Source of the DNA: Gemmatimonadota bacterium
GTDB lineage: Bacteria > Pseudomonadota > Gammaproteobacteria > Burkholderiales > Burkholderiaceae_F
Length of the DNA stretch: 64,000 nt
NCBI GenBank assembly: GCA_050258235.1
Contig: JBLMYK010000329.1
Location: 3,910-67,909 of the forward strand
Reading direction: 5' to 3'
The translations under genes were made by a program, and so were the position numbers. Position 1 is the first letter of the stretch; every line of letters begins with the position of its first letter. The notes beneath the pieces are model-generated. The model was not told the DNA's origin. It was given only the letters and a program-made list of their open reading frames with translations, and searched no databases. Positions 26,247-34,764 of the stretch are shown here, one piece after another.

Positions 26247-27518
26247 TCAGAACTTCCAGCCGTACGCGACGCCGAACTGCATTTCGCGCATCTTCAGGTT
26301 CACGTTGCCGCCGCCGAACGGCGCCGGAATCGCGTTCGATCCGGTGACCTTCACCGTCGGCGCATACATGGCGGCTAGCGTCAGTTCGGATTTGCTCGCC
26401 AGCGTCCAGGTGGCGCCGAGCGTGTAGTGATCCTTCATCACCCCCGGGGCGAGGATATTGAAGAACGTGTCGGTGGCCGGGATCGGCTGGTCGCCGTGGT
26501 TGTAGCCGGCGCGCAGCGTCAGATCCGGCCGCATCGCCCAATCGAGGCCGAGCTTCACGACGGTGATGTCTTTCCATGCGAACCCTGCTCCGCCAGGGGT
26601 GCCAAGCGGCGCCTGGAACAGGTTGGGCAGCAGCGGGTTGTTGATCGACTTGATGCCGGAGTACTCGATCTTCGTGACGTCGAGCGCGAGGTTGACATCC
26701 GGCGTGGCCTTGAACGCGACGCCGATGCCGTAGGTCGCCTGGATGTCGAAGCCGCCCTCTTCGGCAAAGAGCCCCTTGTACTTGTCGAGCTTGTTCATGC
26801 TGGTCTTCGTCTGGTACGTCAGACCCAGCGAGAACTGCGGCGTCAGCTGGCCAAGGTAACCCACGCGCACGCCGATACCGTACGAGTCGTCATAACCTTG
26901 GTTGGTCACGTTGCCCGGGAAGGCCGAAAACTGTTGCGGTCCGCTGGGCGCGGTGAAGTTCTCCAGCCCGTGCGCCTTGAAGCGCTGATACGCAAGGTTG
27001 ACCCCGAGACCGACCGCGTGATCCGGCGTGATCTTGTAGCCGATCGTGGGCGTGATGAACAACTGCATCAGGTCGACGCCAGGATTGCTCGAGCCGAACA
27101 GCGGGACCGGTTTCGTGTAGGACGTGTTCATGCCGCCATTGCCGAACACCGACACCCCGAGCGACAGGTTCGAATTCAGCATCCGGTTGTAGCCGAACTC
27201 CGGAATGAAGAAATCGCTCTCGCCGTTGCCGTCGTAGGTCCCGTTCACGGCAGGGCCCATCGCATTGCCGACGATCTCGGATTCGCGCGTGGGGCGGAAC
27301 CAGGTCAGTCCGAAATCGATCCGGTTGCCGATCATCGCCATGCCGGCCGGGTTATTGGCGCCGGCGAGCGCGTCCTGCGGATACGCGATGCTCGCGCCGC
27401 CCATGCCGATTGCCTTCATCCCATAGCCGTGCGGGATATAGCCATTCGTGGCGCTGGCCAGCGCAGGCACGAACAGTGCCGCGACGGCGGCGCCGAGCTT
27501 CAGTCTTTTCATCATCAT
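26247..27518 (-). CDS. FadL/TodX-family outer-membrane hydrophobic-compound channel
   Basis: The start is at MMMKRLKLGAAVAALFVPALASA, with GGAGG upstream. It has the N-terminal NGYIPHGYGMKAIGMGGA hatch motif and a barrel ending GVAYGWKF. Confidence 0.92.
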   Translation of the reverse strand: MMMKRLKLGAAVAALFVPALASATNGYIPHGYGMKAIGMGGASIAYPQDALAGANNPAGMAMIGNRIDFGLTWFRPTRESEIVGNAMGPAVNGTYDGNGESDFFIPEFGYNRMLNSNLSLGVSVFGNGGMNTSYTKPVPLFGSSNPGVDLMQLFITPTIGYKITPDHAVGLGVNLAYQRFKAHGLENFTAPSGPQQFSAFPGNVTNQGYDDSYGIGVRVGYLGQLTPQFSLGLTYQTKTSMNKLDKYKGLFAEEGGFDIQATYGIGVAFKATPDVNLALDVTKIEYSGIKSINNPLLPNLFQAPLGTPGGAGFAWKDITVVKLGLDWAMRPDLTLRAGYNHGDQPIPATDTFFNILAPGVMKDHYTLGATWTLASKSELTLAAMYAPTVKVTGSNAIPAPFGGGNVNLKMREMQFGVAYGWKF

Positions 27519-27796
27519 CGTGGTACCCCCCTCCGGAGTGGTCTTGATAATTGGCTCATCGAATGGACCATAGGCGTCCTCCCGTTCCCATGGTTGCGAG
27601 CAGTCAACTGCGCTACTTCGGCACAGTGTTTCCGGCCCGTCGTGTCTCGCACGTTGGCTTGGGCGCAACAGCCCAGGCTGCGCGCATTGTCAGCGCGCGC
27701 ATGTCCGGCAGCGATACGCATGCCGGAAGATCTCCACATACTCCATAGGGTGATTGACGGACAGGCCCCGTTTCGTGCCGGCGGCGCTGGCGCGGT

Positions 27797-28279
27797 TCAG
27801 CCGAGCCGGTTCGATTCCGCCAGCGTGCGGATCCGCGCCACGGTGTCGAGGTCGGCGCTGCGGTACGCCTGGCGCCGCAGCTCGTCGGTCTCGGCCGCCA
27901 TTTGTCCCGTCTCGTCCGGCCCTTCGAATTCATAGAGGAAGCGCAGGAACAACTGCTCGGGCTGCGGCTCTTCTATCGTGATCGTCAATCGGCTGCGCGG
28001 CCAGGTCGGGCCGGCATCGGTGCGGGTCTGCGAGCGCTGCCGCGGCGTCAGCACCACGCGGTCGTGCACGGCGAAGCTGCCGAAGTCGAGCGTGCGCGCC
28101 AGCGTCGTCTCGTCTGCGTCCTTGCTGCGCGAATGAATCTCGCAGCCTGACAGGCCGAGCACGAACTGCATCGGCTGCTCGGCGCGCAACACCAGCCCTT
28201 GCCACAACTGCTCGCGCGTCAGCTGCGGCAGCAGTGGCATCAACGGATCGTTGACCTGGACCAGGTGCTCGAAACGCAT
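27797..28279 (-). CDS. DUF1857 (SRPBCC-fold, AtaL-like) protein
   Basis: The start is at [36 protein letters not shown], the characteristic DUF1857 N-terminus as I recall it. The protein is 160 aa, and its start overlaps the nitroreductase stop. Confidence 0.8.
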   Translation of the reverse strand: MRFEHLVQVNDPLMPLLPQLTREQLWQGLVLRAEQPMQFVLGLSGCEIHSRSKDADETTLARTLDFGSFAVHDRVVLTPRQRSQTRTDAGPTWPRSRLTITIEEPQPEQLFLRFLYEFEGPDETGQMAAETDELRRQAYRSADLDTVARIRTLAESNRLG

Positions 28280-29061
28280 CAGGGCAGGAAATGCCTTTCT
28301 TCGAGCGTCGCGCGCAGCCTGGCCGAGTCGGCGCGAAACGCGTCGGGGTCGTACTTGATCTCGCTCGTGTAGAACTGTGCCAGCGAAGTGACGCCGTGCT
28401 GCTGCATCCGCGCCTTCAGCTCCGGCATCGACATGTACCGGTTCCAGCCGAGCTCTTCGCGCCGCTCGTAGATGGCGTCGATCGCGTCGCCGTCCGGACG
28501 GCGATAGCGCTCTTCGTGCAGCAGCGCGGCGAGCGGCAGGCGGTCGCGCCTGGCCGGATCCTCGTCGGGCCATCCGACCACGATCGTCGTCACCGGCAGA
28601 CAGGTGTCGGGCAGCTCGAGGAAGTCGGCAATCTCGCCCATCGAGTGCAGCGTGGTGCCCATGTAGCAGATGCCCAGTCCGTGCGCTTCGAAGCCGAGGC
28701 AGGCATTCTGCGCCACGATGATCGCGTCGAACGCCGCGACGTGCCAGCCGATCAGGTTGTTGAAGTTGTCGCGCGCGCCGCGCCGGCGCAGCCACTCGCG
28801 CGTGCGAAACCAGTCGGCGCAGAACGTGATCGCCAGTGGCGCCTGCAGGACCATCGGCTGGTTGAAGTGCAGCTCGTACAGGCGGCGCTTGCGCTCCACG
28901 TCGCGCGTCAGCACCAGCGACACCGCGTTCAGGTTGCCCGACGAGGAGGCGCCGGCGATCGCGTCGGCGCACACCGCCTCGACGAGCTTGGGATCGACTG
29001 GGTCAGGCTTGTACTGGCGGATCGAGCGGTGGCGATTCAGCAGGCGGGACAGGTCGGTCAT
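28279..29061 (-). CDS. nitroreductase-family (NfsA-like) flavin oxidoreductase
   Basis: The start is at [22 protein letters not shown]. The protein is 260 aa. ATGA overlaps the QueC-like stop. Confidence 0.88.
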   Translation of the reverse strand: MTDLSRLLNRHRSIRQYKPDPVDPKLVEAVCADAIAGASSSGNLNAVSLVLTRDVERKRRLYELHFNQPMVLQAPLAITFCADWFRTREWLRRRGARDNFNNLIGWHVAAFDAIIVAQNACLGFEAHGLGICYMGTTLHSMGEIADFLELPDTCLPVTTIVVGWPDEDPARRDRLPLAALLHEERYRRPDGDAIDAIYERREELGWNRYMSMPELKARMQQHGVTSLAQFYTSEIKYDPDAFRADSARLRATLEERHFLP

Positions 29062-29786
29062 GGGGTCGAATGCGCTGGCACGTTGCGCATAGCTTGCCAG
29101 CTGTCCCACCCCGCCGCACGCAGCGCGCAGGCCGGGCAGATGCCGCAGCCGCGACCCCATGCGTGCAGCTTGTCGCGCACACCCATGTAGCAGCTGTGCG
29201 TCTCCGCCCGGAGCAGTTCGATCAGCTTTTCGCCGCCGAGGTCTGCCGCCAGCTGCCAGGTCTGCGCCTTGTCGAGCCGCATCAGCGGCGTCTCGATCGT
29301 GAAGCGCTGATCCATCCCGAGCGACAGCGTCCGCTGCAGGCTCTGCAGCACCTTGTCGCGGCTGTCCGGATAGTCGGAATAGTCGGTCTCGCTCATGCCG
29401 CCGACCAGGATCTGCAGGTCGCGCCGGAACGCGATCGCGGCCGCATAGGTCAGGAACAGCAAATTGCGCCCAGGGACAAACGTCGACGGCAGACTCTTCT
29501 CCGCCAGTCGGCGCTGCGCGTCGCTGGTCAAGGCCGTGGTCGCGATCTGCACCAGTGCCGCCATCTTGATCACGTGGTCGGGCCCGAGCCGTTCGCGCCA
29601 CTCGGGGAACGCGCTGCGCAGCGCGCCGAGGACCTGCGGCCGGACCTCCAGTTCGACCGGCTGCGGCTGGCCATAGTCGAACCCGACGGTCTCGACCTGC
29701 GCATAGCGCGAAAGCGCCCACGCCAGGCAGACGGTCGAATCGAGTCCGCCGGAAAACAGGACCAGTGCGCGTTGATCGGAGGCCAT
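29058..29786 (-). CDS. queC: QueC-family PP-loop ATPase (7-cyano-7-deazaguanine synthase-like; divergent motifs)
   Basis: 242 aa with [12 protein letters not shown] (PP-loop), FVPGRNLLF and the C-terminal Cys cluster CY...GCGICPAC. It carries GQPQ where QueC has QRH, and [13 protein letters not shown] where QueC has CETDFSGYPDCRD. Confidence 0.85.
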   Translation of the reverse strand: MASDQRALVLFSGGLDSTVCLAWALSRYAQVETVGFDYGQPQPVELEVRPQVLGALRSAFPEWRERLGPDHVIKMAALVQIATTALTSDAQRRLAEKSLPSTFVPGRNLLFLTYAAAIAFRRDLQILVGGMSETDYSDYPDSRDKVLQSLQRTLSLGMDQRFTIETPLMRLDKAQTWQLAADLGGEKLIELLRAETHSCYMGVRDKLHAWGRGCGICPACALRAAGWDSWQAMRNVPAHSTP

Positions 29787-29863
29787 CGGCGTCGGGCCGG
29801 TTAACCCGGTTTGCAGTGCCTTTTCGTTGAACGTGGCATCAACAGGGATGCGGGAGGTTGACG

Positions 29864-30679
29864 ATGCTGCGGCGGAACTTCATTGCGACTGCGATTGTCG
29901 CGGCACTGGCCGGGTGTGCCACATCCGCGGTAGACGCATATGCGGTCGGCAATCTGGCTGATGTCCAGGTGATCGATCGCGTGACCGGCGAAACGCTGGC
30001 CGTCTACCAGCACGGCGGGCGCCGCTACGTGGCTGGCACCCCGGGCAATCGCTACGCGATCGCGGTCCGCAACCGCACCGGCGGCCGGCTTCTGGCAGTG
30101 ATGTCCGTCGACGGCGTCAACGTGGTGACAGGGGAGACGGCGGGCTGGGACCAGAACGGCTACGTGTTCGATCCCTGGCAGCGCTGGGAAATCCGTGGCT
30201 GGCGCAAAAGCCAGGAGCGCGTGGCCGCGTTCGAGTTCACGGCGTTGCCGAATTCATACGCGGCGCGGACCAGCCGTCCGGAAAATGTCGGCGTGATCGG
30301 CCTGGCATTGTTCCGTGAAGCGCGGCCGGTCCTGCCGGCGCCGGAAATGCAGCGCCGGGAATCGAGCGAAGAACGAGGTGCGGCGGGCGAAGGCAGCCCT
30401 GCACCCTCCGCCGCCAGGCCGCAGGCCGGCGCGGTCGCCGAGTCTCTCGAGCGCCGTCGCGACAGCGCCAGGCTCGGCACCGGGCACGGTCGCAGTGAGA
30501 GCTCGCCGGTGTCCACGACTTCCTTCGAGCGCGCGCACCCGACGCCGGACGAGGTCATCACGATCCATTACGACAGCCGTGACAACCTGATCGCCCTCGG
30601 CGTGATTCCGTCGCCGCGTGCGCCGGTGCCGAATCCGTTTCCGGGCAACCTGGGTTTCGTTCCCGATCCGCCGCGGTGA
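29864..30679 (+). CDS. hypothetical lipoprotein
   Basis: ATG 29864 lies 6 nt after GGGAGG. The track lists TTG 29858 as the start. The lipobox is VAALAGC. The N-terminal domain is conserved-looking, the linker is acidic and Ser-rich, and the tail is Pro-rich. The stop overlaps the ECF sigma start. Confidence 0.75.
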   Translation: MLRRNFIATAIVAALAGCATSAVDAYAVGNLADVQVIDRVTGETLAVYQHGGRRYVAGTPGNRYAIAVRNRTGGRLLAVMSVDGVNVVTGETAGWDQNGYVFDPWQRWEIRGWRKSQERVAAFEFTALPNSYAARTSRPENVGVIGLALFREARPVLPAPEMQRRESSEERGAAGEGSPAPSAARPQAGAVAESLERRRDSARLGTGHGRSESSPVSTTSFERAHPTPDEVITIHYDSRDNLIALGVIPSPRAPVPNPFPGNLGFVPDPPR

Positions 30680-31323
30680 CGGCCGACGCTCGACTTGCCG
30701 CGGCGCCGATAATCCGGCGCATGCGCGACGCACCGGGCCCAGACGTTCGCAGCGACGAACAACTGATGCTTGCCTACGGTGCCGGCGACGCCGCGGCATT
30801 CGCGCGGCTGTTCGACCGGCACGAGCGTCCGGTCTATCGCTTCCTGCTGCGCTCGCTGGGCGGGGATGCGGCGCGTGCGCAGGACCTGCTGCAGGAGGTC
30901 TGGCTGGCGGTGATTCGCAACGCAACGAGTTACGAGCCGCGCGCGCGATTCACGACGTGGCTGTACGGCATCGCGCGCACGCGGCTGATCGACCATTGGC
31001 GCGCGCAGCGAAGCGACGTCAGCCTCGATGCGGCGAACGACCCGCAGGCCGATGACGCGGGCGAGCCTCTGGTCGAGCGCGTTGCCGGCGTGCGCACCCA
31101 GGAGCCGGAGGTGCTGGCGATGTCGCGCGCGCAGGCACTGGCCTTCGTTGCCGCGGTCGAAGCGCTGCCGGATGCGCAACGCGAGGTGCTGCTGCTGCAT
31201 CTGGAAGGGGAACTGACGCTGGACGAGATCGCGCAGCTGACGGGCGTGGGGATGGAGACGGCCAAGAGCCGGCTGCGCTACGCGCTGGCGAAATTGCGCG
31301 TTGCGCTGGAGCAGTGGCGATGA
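30676..31323 (+). CDS. ECF-type RNA polymerase sigma-70 factor
   Basis: Region 2 reads FARLFDRHERPVYRFLLR...LLQEVWLAV. Region 4 reads LPDAQREVLLLHLEGELTLDEIAQLTGVGMETAKSRLRYA. The start is either GTG 30676 or ATG 30721. Confidence 0.9.
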   Translation: MTADARLAAAPIIRRMRDAPGPDVRSDEQLMLAYGAGDAAAFARLFDRHERPVYRFLLRSLGGDAARAQDLLQEVWLAVIRNATSYEPRARFTTWLYGIARTRLIDHWRAQRSDVSLDAANDPQADDAGEPLVERVAGVRTQEPEVLAMSRAQALAFVAAVEALPDAQREVLLLHLEGELTLDEIAQLTGVGMETAKSRLRYALAKLRVALEQWR

Positions 31324-32132
31324 CGGGCCGATCCGATCCGGACACACGCGCGATCGCGCGTGCGTATCGCGCTGCGCACGCGGCACTCGACGAGCGCCCG
31401 AGCGAGGCATCGCGCGCGGCGATCGTTGCGGCGGCGGCGCGCGCGGTCGAGTCGCAGCCGCACGCAGCCGGCAGTGCGCCGCGGCGTCGCTGGCGCTTGC
31501 CGCTCGCGGCGGCCGCCACGATCCTGGTCAGCTCGATTGCGGTGATCGTCGCACAGCGCACCGAGCAGCAGATGCCGGCAGGCGTGACGACGGAAAGCGC
31601 ACCGGCAAGCACGGCGGGGACGGGAGCGGAATCCGCCGCGAAGGAAAAGCCGGCCACTGAAATCCAACCTGCGGACCGACCCTCCGCACCCGCGGTTCCG
31701 GCTCCCGCGCGGCGCGATCGGCCGTCGGCCGTCTCGCGCAATGCGCCTGCTCCTGCAGCGTCGCCGCCGGTCAGCGCGCCCGCCATTGGCGAAACGGGGG
31801 CCGACTCGACCGCGCGCGACGCGGGCGCGGCGGCGGTCGACCGCGGTGAGTCGTCACGCCCGGCGGCCGCCGCGCGGCGGCAGGCGCAGCCTGCGCCGGC
31901 GCACGATGGGCCGGCGAGCGTTGTCGAGCCGCGGCCCGCGGCAAGCGCCGAATCGGCCGGCGTCACGGCGACCGGCAAGGCGGAAGATCCGGCGCGGTGG
32001 CTGGCGCGCATCATCGAATTGCGCCAGGCCGGGCGCGAGGATGAGGCCGACGCCGAACTGAAGAAGCTGCGCGAGCGCTATCCGCAGCTGACCATTCCGG
32101 AGGCCGCGCTGCGGCACGCCGGCACGCGCTGA
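31320..32132 (+). CDS. putative anti-sigma factor (single-pass membrane protein)
   Basis: ATG 31320 overlaps the sigma stop (ATGA). It has one TM helix (WRLPLAAAATILVSSIAVIV) and a long Ala/Pro/Ser-rich segment. The call rests on position and topology only. Confidence 0.65.
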   Translation: MTGRSDPDTRAIARAYRAAHAALDERPSEASRAAIVAAAARAVESQPHAAGSAPRRRWRLPLAAAATILVSSIAVIVAQRTEQQMPAGVTTESAPASTAGTGAESAAKEKPATEIQPADRPSAPAVPAPARRDRPSAVSRNAPAPAASPPVSAPAIGETGADSTARDAGAAAVDRGESSRPAAAARRQAQPAPAHDGPASVVEPRPAASAESAGVTATGKAEDPARWLARIIELRQAGREDEADAELKKLRERYPQLTIPEAALRHAGTR

Positions 32133-32250
32133 CGTCGGCCACGTCGACGTTGGGCGGTACCGAGGGCCGCCGACGCCCCAGGCCGGGCGGCGGCGCTCGG
32201 CGGGGAGGAGTTGCTATCCTCCCCCGAGTCAATCGACGGAGGAGATTCCG

Positions 32251-32862
32251 ATGAAGCTGTATTACTCGCCCAGCGCGAGCTCGCTGTCGCCCCATATCGC
32301 GCTGAGCGAGGCTGGTCTTGCGTATGAGCTCGAACGAGTCGACCTGAAGACGAAGAAGTACGGCAAGGAAAAGGACTTTCTGAAGGTCAATCCGAAGGGC
32401 TATGTGCCGACCCTGCAGTTCGAGGACGGTACCGTGCTCACCGAAGGCCCGGCGATCCTGCAGTGGATTGCCGACCAGGTTCCGGAGCGGCATCTGGCGC
32501 CGCCGCCCGGCACGATGGAACGCTACCACCTGGTCGAGTGGCTGAACTTCATCGCCACCGAACTGCACGAGCAGTTCTCGCCGCTGTTCAGTCCCGCCAA
32601 CACCGACGATCTGAAGAAGCGCCAGCGCGATCTGCTCGCGCGGCGCCTCGACTACGTTCAGGCCGCGCTCGGCGCGAAGCCGTACCTGATGGGCGAATCG
32701 TTCACCGTCGCGGACGGCTATCTCTTCACGGTGCTCGGGTGGAGCAAGTGGGTCGACATCGACCTCACCAAATGGCCGAGGCTTGCCGAATTCATGGACC
32801 GCGTGGCCGCACGGCCGCGCGTGCAGTCCGCGCTGGCAGCGGAAAGACCGCCGAAACGTTAA
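32251..32862 (+). CDS. gstA: glutathione S-transferase (beta class)
   Basis: 203 aa, collinear with E. coli GstA as I recall it. Shared blocks are MKLYYSP.A.SL, VNPKGYVPTL, LTEGPAILQWIAD, WLNFIATELH, ADGYLFTVL.W and PRVQSALAAE. Confidence 0.93.
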   Translation: MKLYYSPSASSLSPHIALSEAGLAYELERVDLKTKKYGKEKDFLKVNPKGYVPTLQFEDGTVLTEGPAILQWIADQVPERHLAPPPGTMERYHLVEWLNFIATELHEQFSPLFSPANTDDLKKRQRDLLARRLDYVQAALGAKPYLMGESFTVADGYLFTVLGWSKWVDIDLTKWPRLAEFMDRVAARPRVQSALAAERPPKR

Positions 32863-32866
32863 CCCG

Positions 32867-33250
32867 ATGTCCGGTGCCGGCACGCCGCGCCTGGTGCTGC
32901 TGGACTCGGTGACGCAGGTCGAGCCGAGGCACGCCGGCTGCATCGTCGTGACCGGCTCGCACGGTGGAGCGAGCGTCGTCCGTTACGCGCGGACGGTGCC
33001 GGCGCTGCTGTATGTATTCAACGACGCCGGAGTGGGCAAGGACGAGGCGGGCGTGGCGGCACTGACGGCGCTCGAGGAGGCCGGCGTCGCGGCGGCGACC
33101 GTGTCGCATGCGACCGCGCGTATCGGTGAAGCGAAGGACAGCTGGGAGCACGGCGTGGTGTCGCGCGCAAACGCGCAGGCGCGATCGCTTGGCGTGCACG
33201 CCGGGCTGGCGCTGCGCGATGTGCCGGCGTTGCGGTTGGCGAACGATTGA
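32867..33250 (+). CDS. hypothetical protein
   Basis: 127 aa from ATG 32867, 4 nt after the GST stop. The composition is coding-like. The family was not recognised. Confidence 0.6.
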   Translation: MSGAGTPRLVLLDSVTQVEPRHAGCIVVTGSHGGASVVRYARTVPALLYVFNDAGVGKDEAGVAALTALEEAGVAAATVSHATARIGEAKDSWEHGVVSRANAQARSLGVHAGLALRDVPALRLAND

Positions 33251-33305
33251 ACGTCCGATTGGTAGTCGTGATCCAGCGGGTCGCTGCGGCGGCGATCGAA
33301 CTGCG

Positions 33306-34733
33306 TCAATCCAGGCATAGAAGCTCGACCTCGCCGCGCGCCGCGCGCGCGAGAGCTTCGCGCGCAATGCGGTAGGCATCGACCTCGAAGAGGCGGGGCG
33401 CGGTCTGTGCCAGTTGCTGCGCCGCCTGCGGCGACTTCACGCTGCCGAGCCAGCACCAGCGGTCGAACACATGCAGGTCTTCACGAAACCGCGGCGCGTT
33501 GCGCTCGACGATCGCTACCGCGCCCGGTTGCGGCCAGCGCGGGCAGCGCCGGCCCTCCAGCAACGCCGCCGCGCGCTCGCCGTGCGCCTGCGGCGTTTCC
33601 GCGCCGACACAGGCGCCGACACAGCGCTTCAGCTGATGGTTGAAGCACGGCGCATCGGCCGCCGCGCGCCGCGCGCGGCCTTCCAGCCGCATCGTCTTCA
33701 GGCACAGGCCGTGCTCATGGGCAAGCGCAGTCAGCATGTGCCGCGCGCCGGGTCGCGAGGCGAACGGCCCGTAGTGCTCATGCAGCCGATCCAGCGGAAC
33801 GTCGGCGGCCCGCACGAAGCGCGGCCGCCCGGCTTCATCGAGCGTGAAGAAGACCTGGTTCAGGCGGCGACGCAGGGCGACGTTGTGGGCCGGTAGCCGC
33901 GTCTTCACCAGTTCGGCCTCGCGCAGCAGCGCGCCGATCTCGCCCGCGGTTTCTTCCCACTCGACGCGCTGCACTTCCTGCGACAGGCGCAGGTCGGCGC
34001 CGCTGGCGTGGTCGTTGGCGAAGTGATTCGCCACGCGGTCGCGCATGTCGACGCTCTTGCCGATGTAGATCGGGTGCGCATTGGCGCCGAAGAACAGGTA
34101 CACGCCGGGTGCGCCCGGAATTTCGTCGAGCGCGTGCGGCGGCAGCGCCGGCGGATTGCTCGGCCGCGCCAGCAGCTGCCCGATCGCAGCGTCGATCTCG
34201 TCGCGCGGATGGCGTTCGTACAGCCGCTGCAGCAGGCGCCACAGCACGCGCGCGTCGCCCAGCGCGCGATGGCGCTGTTCGCCGTCGAGGCCGAAGCGCG
34301 ACACGATCGCATCGAGCGTGTGCGGGCCGCGGTCCGGATACAGTAGTCGCGACAGGCGCACCGTGCACAGCGTCGCCGCCTTCCACGGCATGCCGACGCG
34401 CTCGAACTCGGCCTTCAGAAAGCCGTAATCGAAGCGCGCGTTGTGGGCGACGAATACCGCGTCGTGCAGGCGGTCGAACAGCGATTCGGACAGATCCGCG
34501 AAGGGCGGCGCGTCGCGCACCATCTCGTTCGTGATCCCGGTGAGCCACTGGATCTCCGACGGGATCGGCCTGCCCGGATTGACCAGCGACGACCATTCCT
34601 GCACCCGCCACTGGTCGCCGTCGATGTCGACGCTGACCACACCGACCTCGGTCACGCGCTCGCGCGCCGGGCTGGAGCCGGTCGTCTCGACGTCGACGAA
34701 GCACCAGCGGGAGAACTCGCGCGACCCGAACAT
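33306..34733 (-). CDS. DEDDh 3'-5' exonuclease (DnaQ-like) fused to a GIY-YIG (Cho/UvrC-N-like) nuclease domain
   Basis: The exonuclease motifs are FVDVETTG, FVAHNARFDYGFL and HRALGDA. These are followed by GVYLFFG...PIYIGKS...R...E (GIY-YIG) and a Cys-containing C-terminal region. Confidence 0.88.
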   Translation of the reverse strand: MFGSREFSRWCFVDVETTGSSPARERVTEVGVVSVDIDGDQWRVQEWSSLVNPGRPIPSEIQWLTGITNEMVRDAPPFADLSESLFDRLHDAVFVAHNARFDYGFLKAEFERVGMPWKAATLCTVRLSRLLYPDRGPHTLDAIVSRFGLDGEQRHRALGDARVLWRLLQRLYERHPRDEIDAAIGQLLARPSNPPALPPHALDEIPGAPGVYLFFGANAHPIYIGKSVDMRDRVANHFANDHASGADLRLSQEVQRVEWEETAGEIGALLREAELVKTRLPAHNVALRRRLNQVFFTLDEAGRPRFVRAADVPLDRLHEHYGPFASRPGARHMLTALAHEHGLCLKTMRLEGRARRAAADAPCFNHQLKRCVGACVGAETPQAHGERAAALLEGRRCPRWPQPGAVAIVERNAPRFREDLHVFDRWCWLGSVKSPQAAQQLAQTAPRLFEVDAYRIAREALARAARGEVELLCLD

Positions 34734-34764
34734 GCGGTGCGATTCGGCGTGCGGCCCGCGCTTC

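Noticed and set aside
29801-29830. ECF-type promoter (TAAC...CGTT) upstream of the lipoprotein/sigma operon
   Set aside because: The spacer between AAC and CGT is about 19 nt, longer than the usual 16-17 nt. The -35 element is TAAC rather than GAAC. This is not convincing without the group-specific motif.
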